From NCBI GenBank assembly GCA_964549485.1, contig CAZJWI010000155.1, positions 1-63,543 of the forward strand: a stretch of DNA of 63,543 nucleotides, written 5' to 3'. This DNA is from an uncultured Flavobacteriaceae bacterium. GTDB lineage: Bacteria > Bacteroidota > Bacteroidia > Flavobacteriales > Flavobacteriaceae. Both the position numbers and the translations under genes were made by a program. The notes under the pieces were generated by a model. That model made no database searches. It worked only from the letters and a program-made list of their open reading frames with translations, and was not told the DNA's origin. Below, one piece after another: positions 1 through 9,924 of this stretch (position 1 is the stretch's first letter; each line of letters starts with the position of its first letter).

Positions 1-217
1 CCTTGGCATCAAATAATATTTTTCCAAAGCTGTCGCCGGGTTGTACGGTGTCCCGCTCTACCTCATAATCATCAAGGACATATCCATATTCTTTAACAAT
101 TTCAGCAGGTGCTTCATAAATGACATCAGATGCAACACCCTCTTCGGATTTGTCACCACAAGAGGTGAGCAGTAGGATGCTTGTTGGTATTACTGATAAA
201 AAGTGTCTTAATTTCAC
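1..217 (-). CDS. N-terminal part of a lipoprotein, probable M23 peptidoglycan DD-metalloendopeptidase (runs off window start)
   Basis: Read manually: GTG start at 217, MKLRHFLSVIPTSILLLTSC lipobox, then EYGYVLDDYEVERDTVQPGDSFGKIL, resembling flavobacterial M23 N-termini; catalytic domain outside window. Confidence 0.65.
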   Translation of the reverse strand, partial: MKLRHFLSVIPTSILLLTSCGDKSEEGVASDVIYEAPAEIVKEYGYVLDDYEVERDTVQPGDSFGKILFDAK

Positions 218-233
218 AAAAATGCTATTTCCA

Positions 234-1169
234 TTAAACGTTCTGTCCCCAATTTGCCAATTCTTCTGCGGTCCAAACATCAGGGAAGAATATCCTGCGC
301 TGATATTTGGGGTGCATGTATTTTGTCCACTCGCTGCCGCCGGTCGCCTCAACTACTTCTTGTCCGTTATTCAGATAATGATTAGCGGTGTAATAGTGCG
401 CCATCACCCATGTAACATTGACGGTGTAGTCATAATGTCTCATAGCAGCACGCAAATCAGCATCTTTTTGAACCGATTGAGGCAGGCTCTTGAATTTGGC
501 GTACAAATTTATGGTATTATATTCTTTTGTAAAGGCGATAAATTCGTTTTTATACTTTTCTTCAAACGCTTTTAACAAATACGACTTTTTGCCCGTGTTG
601 TAATCTTTGCCCGCGGCTTGCCAATACAAATGCTCAAGGGCGTGTTCATAGGGAGTGTTTCTGTCTATGCTTTCGCGAAAGCGCGCATCGATCAAATTGA
701 TCAAATCGGTACTGGCAAACTCAATCTTGCGATATTGTGCACTTTGGAACCCACTTGCCGGAGTTAGGGTTTTTCTGAATTTCATGTATTGATCGAGATC
801 CATCCCGTCCTTCATAATTGAAAACGAACTCGTAAGCATATCAAAATACCTACTAATACGACCCAATCTACTGCTAAAGAAGCTAGCGGTTAATTGAGGG
901 TGGTGACACACTTGTTCTATCTCCCATAAGACGAGTTTAAAATAGAGTTCGGTGATTTGATGATACATAATAAATACATTCTCATCTGGAAAACTCGTTC
1001 TTGGATTTTGAAGACTGAGTAAGGTATCGGTGTGTACATAGTCCCAATAAGTAATGGGTTTACTTTGTAAAAGCCCTTCGAGATGATCGTCCAGGTCCTG
1101 ATCTATCTTTTCATATTTATCATCAAGTGCTGCGATGATTTTTTGAATATCTGGTTCTATTTTTCTCAT
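234..1169 (-). CDS. kynA: Tryptophan 2,3-dioxygenase
   Basis: YWDY..LL.LQ, FIMYHQITELYFK, PASGFQSAQYRKIE, TGGS motifs. Confidence 0.93.
   Translation of the reverse strand: MRKIEPDIQKIIAALDDKYEKIDQDLDDHLEGLLQSKPITYWDYVHTDTLLSLQNPRTSFPDENVFIMYHQITELYFKLVLWEIEQVCHHPQLTASFFSSRLGRISRYFDMLTSSFSIMKDGMDLDQYMKFRKTLTPASGFQSAQYRKIEFASTDLINLIDARFRESIDRNTPYEHALEHLYWQAAGKDYNTGKKSYLLKAFEEKYKNEFIAFTKEYNTINLYAKFKSLPQSVQKDADLRAAMRHYDYTVNVTWVMAHYYTANHYLNNGQEVVEATGGSEWTKYMHPKYQRRIFFPDVWTAEELANWGQNV
669..682. repeat. Dispersed palindrome GCTTTCGCGAAAGC, perfect copy in kynA (reads RFRES)
   Basis: Read directly in sequence. Confidence 0.95.
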
Positions 1170-1218
1170 GTTTGGTTGTTCTTTAGCGCCTTGGCTGTAG
1201 CGATTCTATATATCATCC

Positions 1219-2043
1219 TCACTTATCAACGAGAATTTTAAACGAATGTTTTAATCCTTTAAAGGCATCTAGATCTACTTTTAATGAGCCTACAGCAAGA
1301 CTTGCCTTTATACGTATAGGTGCCTTGTTGGCATCATCACTAATCCATACGGTAAGGCTTTCCTGTTCTTTAAACACCCTTCCCGACTCGACCATAGGCC
1401 GAAACTTTAAACACCTTATCTTTCCGAATTTGGTTTTTATGACCTCTTTGCCCAAATATCGCAATTTAAAAGGATAATTTTCTGAATCAAAAAACATGGT
1501 AAGCCCCGTCTCATCTCCGGGAGACAAATTACTGGTATCCAGATTATTTCTCAGATAATAAAAGGCAGAAACCATATCCTGAACACCTTGAGCGGTGGCA
1601 ACCGTTTTGCGTTTGTTGTGTTTACGATTAAAAATATGCGCCTTTTGATTTTTTTGATCAAAGTCTATTATCTTGTCTTTGGTATGCCCCCCTTCATTGA
1701 TTTTCCTAACAAATTTGTAAGGCAAATCGGTATACTTGTCGATATAACTTTCGTAATAATCTTCTACTTTGAAGAAAAAGCGTGAAATCCCTGTCGTTTC
1801 TCCAAAGCCTTTGACGTGATACACTTCTTTCTGTTTATAGGTTTTTTGCTCTACCTTTAAGGTGGCATAACCTGCGGTAACCAGCCCGTAATGAACTCTA
1901 AATTTAAACCACTCACCATCGGTATAGGCTTGGGTTTGAGTTTGTGCTATCAAGGCACTACTGCCCATTAAAAACACGCCACATATCATTAAGCAGCGAT
2001 AGGCATTGAGCAATGGTATTTTAAGGGTGTTAATATGATGCAT
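1219..2043 (-). CDS. DUF3108 family exported protein
   Basis: Signal peptide; GEWFKFRVHYGLVTAG, D.VSAFYYLR, VWISDD.NK.P motifs; start uncertain. Confidence 0.8.
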   Translation of the reverse strand: MHHINTLKIPLLNAYRCLMICGVFLMGSSALIAQTQTQAYTDGEWFKFRVHYGLVTAGYATLKVEQKTYKQKEVYHVKGFGETTGISRFFFKVEDYYESYIDKYTDLPYKFVRKINEGGHTKDKIIDFDQKNQKAHIFNRKHNKRKTVATAQGVQDMVSAFYYLRNNLDTSNLSPGDETGLTMFFDSENYPFKLRYLGKEVIKTKFGKIRCLKFRPMVESGRVFKEQESLTVWISDDANKAPIRIKASLAVGSLKVDLDAFKGLKHSFKILVDK

Positions 2044-2161
2044 TTTGGGGTTTCATTTTGATTGATATCCAATCAAATACAATAGTTATTCCAAAAATAG
2101 GAATACTAAAAAACTTCGCCTTAGTTAAGACGAAGTTTTTAGAATTATATTGCCCCGAGAC

Positions 2162-3298
2162 TTATAATGTTCCCCTTGAGGCTTGTTCGCGTTCAATAGC
2201 TTCAAACAGTGCCTTAAAATTGCCTTTACCAAAAGACTGCGCACCCTTGCGCTGTATAATTTCAAAAAACATCGTTGGTCTGTCTAAAACGGGTTTGGTG
2301 AAAATTTGAAGCAAGTATCCTTCGTCATCTCTATCAATAAGTACCCCTAGCTCTTTTAATGGAGCGAGATCTTCGTCTATTTCACCCACGCGATCTAAAA
2401 CAGTGTCATAATACTCTTCTGGAACATATAAAAATTCTACCCCCCGATCGCGTAAGGCTGTTACGGTCTCGATGATATTATCTGTGGCCAAGGCAATATG
2501 CTGTACACCAGCCCCATTGTAAAATTCAATATACTCCTCTATCTGCGATTTTTTCTTCCCTTCGGCGGGCTCGTTAATCGGGAACTTGATACGTCCATTA
2601 CCATTACTCATCACCTTACTCATTAAGGCGGTATAGTCTGTAGAGATATCCTTGTCGTCAAAAGACACCAGTTGGGCAAAACCCATCACATTTGCGTAAA
2701 ATTCGCACCACTTGTTCATCTCATTCCAGCCTACATTACCTACCATATGATCAATGTATTTCAGGCCGGTATCTTCTGGCCGAAATTGAGGATTCCAGGC
2801 TTTATACCCTGGTAAGAAGACGCCCTTGTAGTTTTTGCGTTCTACAAAAACGTGCAGCGTTTCACCATAGGTGTGGATCGCACTAGTGACTACACTACCA
2901 TGATCATCTTCTCTTACTTCAGGAGCCGTATGCCCTTGTGCACCTCTTTTGGTAGTTTCTTCATAGCTCTTGGTGGCATCGTCTACCCAAAGTGCTACGT
3001 TCTTAACGCCATCACCGTGTTTTTCGATATGAGCATTAATAGGGCCGCCTTTTGACAAAGGAGAGGTGAGTACCAAGGTTATCTTGCCTTGTCTAACCAC
3101 ATAAGAGACACTGTCCTGTCTCCCTGTTTCTAAACCCGCATAGGCCAAAGGTTGAAAACCCCAGGCACTTTGATAATAGAAGGCCGCTTGTTTGGCATTG
3201 CCTACGTATAATTCTACAAAATCAGTTCCTAATAATGGCAAAAAATCTTCTGCCTCTGGAACTACTTTTTCTAAATGTAAGGATGTGCTATCTTTCAT
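2162..3298 (-). CDS. hppD: 4-hydroxyphenylpyruvate dioxygenase
   Basis: IDHMVGN, GVQHIA, LLQIFT, FFEIIQR, FGKGNFKALF motifs. Confidence 0.97.
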   Translation of the reverse strand: MKDSTSLHLEKVVPEAEDFLPLLGTDFVELYVGNAKQAAFYYQSAWGFQPLAYAGLETGRQDSVSYVVRQGKITLVLTSPLSKGGPINAHIEKHGDGVKNVALWVDDATKSYEETTKRGAQGHTAPEVREDDHGSVVTSAIHTYGETLHVFVERKNYKGVFLPGYKAWNPQFRPEDTGLKYIDHMVGNVGWNEMNKWCEFYANVMGFAQLVSFDDKDISTDYTALMSKVMSNGNGRIKFPINEPAEGKKKSQIEEYIEFYNGAGVQHIALATDNIIETVTALRDRGVEFLYVPEEYYDTVLDRVGEIDEDLAPLKELGVLIDRDDEGYLLQIFTKPVLDRPTMFFEIIQRKGAQSFGKGNFKALFEAIEREQASRGTL

Positions 3299-3303
3299 AA
3301 TAT

Positions 3304-3813
3304 TTAATTGTCTAGACTGTCGATTACCTCAATTGACTCTATGAGCAAAGTATCTTCTTCATATTCCCAAGGTTCACGTTGTGATGTAGAAAGGGTATCA
3401 GTATCCCAAGTGTCTTGCTCCCAAGTGTCCTCTTCCCAGCTGGCATCATCTCCCCAAAGGTCTTGCCTGTCATTACGGTCTTGTAAACCTCCTAATATAG
3501 CGGCCGAAAATATCGAACCATATATCAATAAGAGTATTCCAAATACGATGAAAATGATTCCATTCATGACCACAGCGATAATATTAATCACTTTAGCCGT
3601 CACCATATTACTTCTACTCAAAGTGGCATAGGCCTCAGGATTACTGTCGTATTCTCTGATGCTTCTGTTTGCCATCACTAGCCCAATGATGGCTAAAACA
3701 AGGGGAATTATGGCAGATATGCCATAGCAACAGCATCCAGCTATTCCTATAACCAAGGCTACAATTCCTAAAATTAATGCGCCAGGGTCTGCGGGTAATC
3801 TATTGTCGTTCAT
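3304..3813 (-). CDS. CCC-motif membrane protein with acidic Trp-repeat tail
   Basis: LILGI..L..AGCCCYG, three TM segments, acidic C-terminus. Confidence 0.75.
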   Translation of the reverse strand: MNDNRLPADPGALILGIVALVIGIAGCCCYGISAIIPLVLAIIGLVMANRSIREYDSNPEAYATLSRSNMVTAKVINIIAVVMNGIIFIVFGILLLIYGSIFSAAILGGLQDRNDRQDLWGDDASWEEDTWEQDTWDTDTLSTSQREPWEYEEDTLLIESIEVIDSLDN

Positions 3814-3840
3814 TAATCAGTTTTAGTGTTTATTTTTAGG

Positions 3841-5004
3841 CTATTCGTGATCCAGCCAAGAGCGATAATAACTCTCATCTGCGATATTCATGGCCGCCTC
3901 ACATACCATAAGCGGCTTAAAGGTATCTACCATGACAGCTAGTTCTTCGGTTTCTGTTTGTCCTATACTACGCTCGGCTGCTCCAGGATGAGGCCCATGC
4001 GGAATCCCAGCGGGGTGTAGCGAAATATGTCCTTGTTCGATATCATTCCTACTCATAAAATCCCCATCTACATAATAGAGCACTTCATCACTGTCTATAT
4101 TACTGTGATTATAAGGTGCTGGTATACTTTTAGGGTGATAATCGTAAAGACGTGGCACAAAGCTACAAACCACAAAAGCATCAGTTTCAAAGGTTTGATG
4201 TACTGGGGGTGGTTGATGGATTCTTCCAGTTATAGGCTCAAAATCGTGTATGCTAAATGCATAAGGATAGTTATAGCCGTCATAGCCAACAACATCAAAA
4301 GGATGACTCGCATAGATCATGTCAAACATATCATCCTGCTTTTTAATTTTGATCAAAAAGTCACCCATCTCATCATTGGTCTCCAACTCATAAGGTTGTC
4401 GCAAGTCGCGTTCGCAAAATGGTGAATGTTCTAAGAGTTGACCAAACCAATTGCGATAGCGTTTTGGCGTATAAATAGGCCTGCGTGACTCTACGATAAA
4501 AAGCCGATTTTCTTCGGTGTCAAAATCGATCTTGTAAATAATACCGCGCGGTATAAGTAGGTAATCACCGTACTTAAAGTCAAGATTTCCAAGATGTGTC
4601 CTAAGTTTGCCACTTCCTTTGTGAACAAAAATAAGCTCATCGGCATCGGTGTTTTTATAAAAATAATCTTGGGTTTTGTTTTGAGGCGCCGCGAGTATAA
4701 TCGTACAATCACTATTGGTCAATATGGGCTTGCGACTATCCAAATAATCCTTCTCTGGCGCAATTTGAAAGCCTTTAAAGCGATATGATTTCATGCTATT
4801 AGCAAGAGCTACTTTAGGCTTAACCGAATATTGATTTTTAATTTCTTTGACCTGTGTAGGTCTGTGTACGTGATAACTGTTGGTGCTCATCCCATCAAAA
4901 CCAATTGTACCGAAGAGTTGCTCGCTATACAATTCTCCGTTTGGTTTTCGGAATTGTGTATGTCGTTTAGGAGGAATTTCTCCTAATTTGTGATAAAAAG
5001 GCAT
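3841..5004 (-). CDS. hmgA: Homogentisate 1,2-dioxygenase
   Basis: PYNHSNIDSDE, LHPAGIPHGP, AVMVDTF motifs; close to hppD. Confidence 0.95.
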   Translation of the reverse strand: MPFYHKLGEIPPKRHTQFRKPNGELYSEQLFGTIGFDGMSTNSYHVHRPTQVKEIKNQYSVKPKVALANSMKSYRFKGFQIAPEKDYLDSRKPILTNSDCTIILAAPQNKTQDYFYKNTDADELIFVHKGSGKLRTHLGNLDFKYGDYLLIPRGIIYKIDFDTEENRLFIVESRRPIYTPKRYRNWFGQLLEHSPFCERDLRQPYELETNDEMGDFLIKIKKQDDMFDMIYASHPFDVVGYDGYNYPYAFSIHDFEPITGRIHQPPPVHQTFETDAFVVCSFVPRLYDYHPKSIPAPYNHSNIDSDEVLYYVDGDFMSRNDIEQGHISLHPAGIPHGPHPGAAERSIGQTETEELAVMVDTFKPLMVCEAAMNIADESYYRSWLDHE

Positions 5005-5300
5005 GTTTTGATATTTAGATTGCTTTAAAGTTACTCAATAAAAAGCAATCCATATCATTCGGGGTTCCTCTTTATGAGGAACTTAAGAAGAATCGGTAAA
5101 GCAGTCCAACTTTTGCCTAACATAAGGGTAAATATAACTATAATTATAAGCTGCGGCAAGTAGATAAACGTTGACATCTCCTCTATTACAATATGCTGGT
5201 TACCCAATTAATATCATTGCAAGAATAAACGCAAAATACACCCGCCCTTATCATTTCAAAGTTTTTTAATAATTTAGACTTTCAATTTAAAACTAAAGCC

Positions 5301-5771
5301 TTGAAAATAGTCAAAGACGAACTCATCATTGATGGAATTGATAAAATCATTCTGAGAAGTTTAATGCAGGCTGCCCGTACACCTATTTTAGAAATTGCAC
5401 GCAAAGTTGGGATCTCGGGAGCAGCGATTCACCAGCGACTGCGCAAACTGGAGAAATCGGGATTATTGGCAGGGTCCAAAGTTATTATTGACCCCAAAGT
5501 ATTGGGCTACAGAACCATGGCTTTTATTGGAGTGTATCTGGATCGCGCCGCCAATAACGCAAGGGCCGTAAGACAATTAAAAGACATTCCAGAAGTCTTA
5601 GAGTGCCATTACACCACGGGTAATTGGTCTATACTTATCAAACTACTCTGCAAAAACAACGAAGACCTCATGGACTTACTCAACAAAAAAATTCAAGCCA
5701 TAGATGGGGTTTCTCGTACCGAAACTTTTATTTCTCTCGATCAGCAAATAGACCGACAGCTCAAAATATAG
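5301..5771 (+). CDS. Lrp/AsnC family transcriptional regulator
   Basis: N-terminal HTH (ID..IL..L...ARTP..EIA..VG.S...HQRLRKL), RAM domain ECHYTTG. Confidence 0.92.
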   Translation: MKIVKDELIIDGIDKIILRSLMQAARTPILEIARKVGISGAAIHQRLRKLEKSGLLAGSKVIIDPKVLGYRTMAFIGVYLDRAANNARAVRQLKDIPEVLECHYTTGNWSILIKLLCKNNEDLMDLLNKKIQAIDGVSRTETFISLDQQIDRQLKI

Positions 5772-5780
5772 TCACTAAGC

Positions 5781-8516
5781 TTAGCCTTTGATCAACAATT
5801 TAAAAGTTTGGCTGCGATCTGCCACCCGCACCCATACAATATAGACACCTGTACCTAAATTTGGGACAGGTATTATCTCATCAGCATGCACACCATCATT
5901 ATCTTGATAGATCAACTTGCCGTGAAGATCATAGAGCGCTAATTGGTCGACCTGTTCGGACAAGCTAAATTGATTGGTTGCCGGATTGGGGTAGCTAAAA
6001 ATAGATGCTTTCGCGAAAGCGTTAACACTAAGTGGATTTTCCAAAGGCTCACTAGTGTATAATTTATAGGATCCTGCTGGCATGGCTATGGATTGATTGG
6101 TGCTGGTAACGGTAATTTCTTCTCCCGTAAAAAAATCAAACCAACTTCCCGTTTCTGAAAAATCAGGATCCATATTGGCCGCAGCCATGCCAAAATTGGT
6201 AAGTACCACTACATCTACCTCTGGACTATAGAGATGAATTGTCTTTTCGGGTGTGTCAAGATCCATTTCATTATCCAAAGAATTAAACACCGCATACTCC
6301 TGTTTTAAGGCGATCATTGTTGCGGTGATATCGTAGAGCTGCTCTCGCGCTGTTTGGCTATCATACCCGATGCTCCAGGGTATTGGCTTTCTTCCAGTAC
6401 GACCGTTTTCATCTATAGAAATATCATAGCCCAACTCGCCAAATTGCCATAGCATTTTAGGTCCAGGAACGCTGTAAAACAATACGGTGGCAGCTGCAGT
6501 TCTGTCCAAAGCCGTCTCCAACTCCTGAGTGTTATAACTGCCCTGTATATTCCCAAATTCTTGATTTTTGAACATCAATCGTTCTTCATCATGACTTTCC
6601 ATATAGGCAATCAGATGGGGATCGTTGTACATACGTGTGGCGTGATAGGTATGTGATACATCGTTATTTTGTAGATACCCCATCGTATTTTGATTGTATT
6701 CATCAGTCATTTTACCCCAGATTAAAAAACCGAAATCTGCCAGGACCTTTTCCTCATCATTATCAGACAAATGCTCTAATATCATATACAGATCATTATC
6801 GGTAGCGTTCCAGGTAGCATTGGCATAATCAATCAAAATATCAACTCTGCTTTGATCATACATATTCCAGGCTGGAAGATCTCCCAGGGTATTGTTTTGA
6901 GTAAAACCCTTAGAGAGATCAAATCTAAACCCATCAACTCTGAATTCTTCTACCCAGTATTGAAGGGTTTGTTTGACAAAGGCTTTTGTATATGGGCTCT
7001 CGTGATTAAAATCATAACCCACATTAAAATCGTGTGTAGGTGTTACATTAAGATAGGGATTCTCTGGTGCAGGTCTGAAATTTGCCGCATCCCACCATAG
7101 CTGACAAAGCGAACTCTGGCTAAACGCATGATTAAATACCACATCTAATATCACAGCTATCCCGCGCTGGTGACAGGCATCTACCAATTCTTTAAATTTG
7201 TTTTTGGTCCCATACATCTTGTCCAAAGCATGATGAAAGGAAACATTATACCCCCAACTATCGTTTCCTTCAAATTCAGATAAGGGCATAAACTCGATCG
7301 CATTGATCCCTAAACCTTCTAGATAATCCAGCCTATCGATCACTTGCTGAAAACTGTCTTCTTCAGAAAAGTCCCTCACTAACAATTCATAGATTACCAA
7401 ATTGGTCTGATCGGGTTTGACAAAATTGTCAACCTGCCAATCATACAACTCGGGCTTAATTTCAAGAACAGACACAATTCCGAAAGCATTTTCAGGATAA
7501 GGTTTTAGATTGGGATAATTAGCCGGATCGATCTCGCCATCATGCATAGGATCTAAAACTTTTTCGGCATAGGGATCTGCTACGTAAATCTCAAAATCGG
7601 CTACGTACTGATAGCCATATTCCTGACTCAGGTTAAGATTGATCAAGTCCTGATCCAACACCAACCAGAAATCATCGCCGTCTTTGTTCATTTGATAGCT
7701 TTCGCTAAAGCGCCATTGATTAAAATCTCCTATCAGCATCATATCTGATTTATCAGGAGCGGTGACCAATAGCGTGATTGTTCCATCTGCATTTCTATTT
7801 ATTCCATTGCGCAATCCTGAGGGTTGGGTCACTATTGGAGTGGCAATAGGCACATAAATACTTATGGTATCACTACTAACAACCACATCATTTATAGATG
7901 CTTCTACCAAGAGCGTATAACTACCGGTATTTGCTAAGGTGTATGGAGCAGTAAAGTTTGTGGCATTGTCCTGTGTGGCAACACTTACCCCGTCTACAAA
8001 TAGCTCAAAATCGACATCCTGTGTCGCATTGGCCTCAATAGTGATAGCCTCCCCCTGAGTAAAGACATCGTTTTGTGAGGGGGAGGTAATGACAACGGTT
8101 GCCGTTGTGTTTTCATATAAATTGACAAATATATCAGGAGAGGTTTGTAAAGTAGCATCTGCCGATCTAAATACAAAACTAAGTTGAGTTACCGTATCTG
8201 AAGTGGGCACTCCATAATAGGTAAACACATCAGGGCTAATATCCAGAGCGTATAAATTAGACCCCAATGAAGTCATAGCTGGTTGTACACTATTGTCTCC
8301 CCAGGTTCCAATGATATATTGCCAAGGCGTGCCGTTTGCAGTAACCCCAGTATGGGCATAAATAATGCCCGAATAGCCTTCGAGCGGTGTACCCGTAACA
8401 TCAAGAATGACTTCTATGGGAGCAGTAGCTTCAGGTAAGATAGGGTCTGTAACAACTTGCGCTTGTATGAAAGGTATCCATACAAGCGCAAGAGTAAAAA
8501 GTAAGAATCGTTTCAA
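5781..8516 (-). CDS. Secreted GH13 alpha-amylase family protein with T9SS C-terminal domain
   Basis: Signal peptide; IYELLVRDF, SWGY, DVVFNH, GFRFD, ILEH, SHDEER; C-terminal YPNP...GVY...KLLIK. Confidence 0.92.
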   Translation of the reverse strand: MKRFLLFTLALVWIPFIQAQVVTDPILPEATAPIEVILDVTGTPLEGYSGIIYAHTGVTANGTPWQYIIGTWGDNSVQPAMTSLGSNLYALDISPDVFTYYGVPTSDTVTQLSFVFRSADATLQTSPDIFVNLYENTTATVVITSPSQNDVFTQGEAITIEANATQDVDFELFVDGVSVATQDNATNFTAPYTLANTGSYTLLVEASINDVVVSSDTISIYVPIATPIVTQPSGLRNGINRNADGTITLLVTAPDKSDMMLIGDFNQWRFSESYQMNKDGDDFWLVLDQDLINLNLSQEYGYQYVADFEIYVADPYAEKVLDPMHDGEIDPANYPNLKPYPENAFGIVSVLEIKPELYDWQVDNFVKPDQTNLVIYELLVRDFSEEDSFQQVIDRLDYLEGLGINAIEFMPLSEFEGNDSWGYNVSFHHALDKMYGTKNKFKELVDACHQRGIAVILDVVFNHAFSQSSLCQLWWDAANFRPAPENPYLNVTPTHDFNVGYDFNHESPYTKAFVKQTLQYWVEEFRVDGFRFDLSKGFTQNNTLGDLPAWNMYDQSRVDILIDYANATWNATDNDLYMILEHLSDNDEEKVLADFGFLIWGKMTDEYNQNTMGYLQNNDVSHTYHATRMYNDPHLIAYMESHDEERLMFKNQEFGNIQGSYNTQELETALDRTAAATVLFYSVPGPKMLWQFGELGYDISIDENGRTGRKPIPWSIGYDSQTAREQLYDITATMIALKQEYAVFNSLDNEMDLDTPEKTIHLYSPEVDVVVLTNFGMAAANMDPDFSETGSWFDFFTGEEITVTSTNQSIAMPAGSYKLYTSEPLENPLSVNAFAKASIFSYPNPATNQFSLSEQVDQLALYDLHGKLIYQDNDGVHADEIIPVPNLGTGVYIVWVRVADRSQTFKLLIKG
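6007..6020. repeat. Palindrome GCTTTCGCGAAAGC, perfect copy in amylase gene (AFAKA)
   Basis: Read directly. Confidence 0.95.
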
Positions 8517-8565
8517 AGGAATTAATTTTTCCTAAAGATATAATTCTCGGCAATATAATTAGTGT

Positions 8566-8937
8566 CTACCAGAAATCGCTTTTAAAGCCTCCTGATACTG
8601 GCCAATCTCCAGTAATAATATCAATCAGGTCAATAACTGCCCAAACAAATAGTCCTCCTAGAGTAAGGATGTATAAGATGTTCCAACCTATTGGACTACC
8701 CAAATACCAACGGTGTGCAGCAAATCCGCCTAAAAACAACCAAAGCAATAGGGCCACCCCTTGGCTCTTTTGAGAATCGGCAGCTGGTGAAGTGAGTGCC
8801 TCATCATTGGTGTGGGTCTGAGAAACGTTTTCTACGGTGGTCACTGCAGTAGCCGCTCGTGTCACCGGAAAACCTGCCAGCATGGTATTGATTCCAAGCA
8901 ATACCATGGCAAATGATAGAATAATTTTGATTTTCAT
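8566..8937 (-). CDS. TM2 domain membrane protein
   Basis: KS..VALLLWLFLGGFAAHRWYLG...TLGG..W...D TM2 signature. Confidence 0.88.
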   Translation of the reverse strand: MKIKIILSFAMVLLGINTMLAGFPVTRAATAVTTVENVSQTHTNDEALTSPAADSQKSQGVALLLWLFLGGFAAHRWYLGSPIGWNILYILTLGGLFVWAVIDLIDIITGDWPVSGGFKSDFW

Positions 8938-8983
8938 AGATATTATTAGATTAAATTAGACTTCTCTAAGTTATATCATTTCT

Positions 8984-9871
8984 ATGAAAAAAATACTTTT
9001 TCTCCTATTGATTTTTATTACACTGTCGGGTTACGGACAACAGCAAGACGTATTAGAAGCCCCTTATAAGTACCTAGGCATCATTAAATTAAATGACACT
9101 TCCTTTATATCGTACAAGTTGGCCTTTGAAGAAAAGGACGGGCTCATACAGGGCTATTCGATCACTGATGCTGGAGGCCCACACGAAACTAAATCTAATA
9201 TAAGAGGTAGCTATGACTCAAGAGAAAAGCTTTTGGTTCTTAATGAATATGACATTGTCTATACCAAATCTCCTATAACCGAACTCGATTTTTGTTTGGT
9301 CAATTTTAAGGGACGATTAAGAGCCTTAAAAAAGGGGAAACCCTTTAGCGGAGATTTTAAAGGCATCTACCCCGACGGCAAACCTTGTTTGGATGGTCAA
9401 ATTATAATGTCTCCTGTGGCCGCAGTCGAAAAAAGAGCAGAGAAAGCCGATAAACTCATCCAAAAATCAAAGAGGTTTTCTAAAAAAATAAAAGAAAAAG
9501 TCAGTGTGCGCACTACCTTAGATACATTGAGCATGAGTGTGGTCAAAAAAGATGAAAATCTCAATGTATTTGCAAAGACCAGCAATATTGTTATCTCAAT
9601 TTACGATGCGGGTAAGGTAGATAATGATCGCATAAATCTCTATATAGACGGTGAATTGCTTCTGAAAGATTACGCTATTGCGAAAGACAAAAAAGAGATC
9701 CCTGTAATCATAAATAATGCCCAGGTCGTAGTCAAAGTTGAAGCCATAAACGAGGGTACTTCTGCCCCAAACACAGTAAAGGTTGAGATCAAGGACGGCA
9801 ACAGACTCATAGCTACCCGTACCAGTCTTAAAGCTGGTGATCAGGCTTCTTTAACCTTGCTCAAACAATAA
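8984..9871 (+). CDS. Hypothetical exported protein
   Basis: 295-aa ORF with signal peptide; C-terminal YD.G..D.D.I...A.NEG...PNT pattern. Confidence 0.75.
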   Translation: MKKILFLLLIFITLSGYGQQQDVLEAPYKYLGIIKLNDTSFISYKLAFEEKDGLIQGYSITDAGGPHETKSNIRGSYDSREKLLVLNEYDIVYTKSPITELDFCLVNFKGRLRALKKGKPFSGDFKGIYPDGKPCLDGQIIMSPVAAVEKRAEKADKLIQKSKRFSKKIKEKVSVRTTLDTLSMSVVKKDENLNVFAKTSNIVISIYDAGKVDNDRINLYIDGELLLKDYAIAKDKKEIPVIINNAQVVVKVEAINEGTSAPNTVKVEIKDGNRLIATRTSLKAGDQASLTLLKQ

Positions 9872-9872
9872 T

Positions 9873-9904
9873 AAAAAAACCCAAACATCGCTGTTTGGGT
9901 TTTT
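9873..9904. terminator. Bidirectional intrinsic terminator
   Basis: AAAAACCCAAACA-tcgc-TGTTTGGGTTTTT between convergent genes. Confidence 0.85.
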
Positions 9905-9924
9905 GATTTCGCGTAAGCAAAAGT

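Noticed and set aside
120-575. 151-aa plus-strand ORF and the other short antisense or alternate-frame ORFs in the track
   Set aside because: Shadows of well-supported genes with no protein features
5055-5123. Minus-strand 22-aa uORF (MLGKSWTALPILLKFLIKRNPE) with hairpin upstream of hmgA as attenuator
   Set aside because: Not Tyr/Phe-rich and no clear terminator; insufficient support
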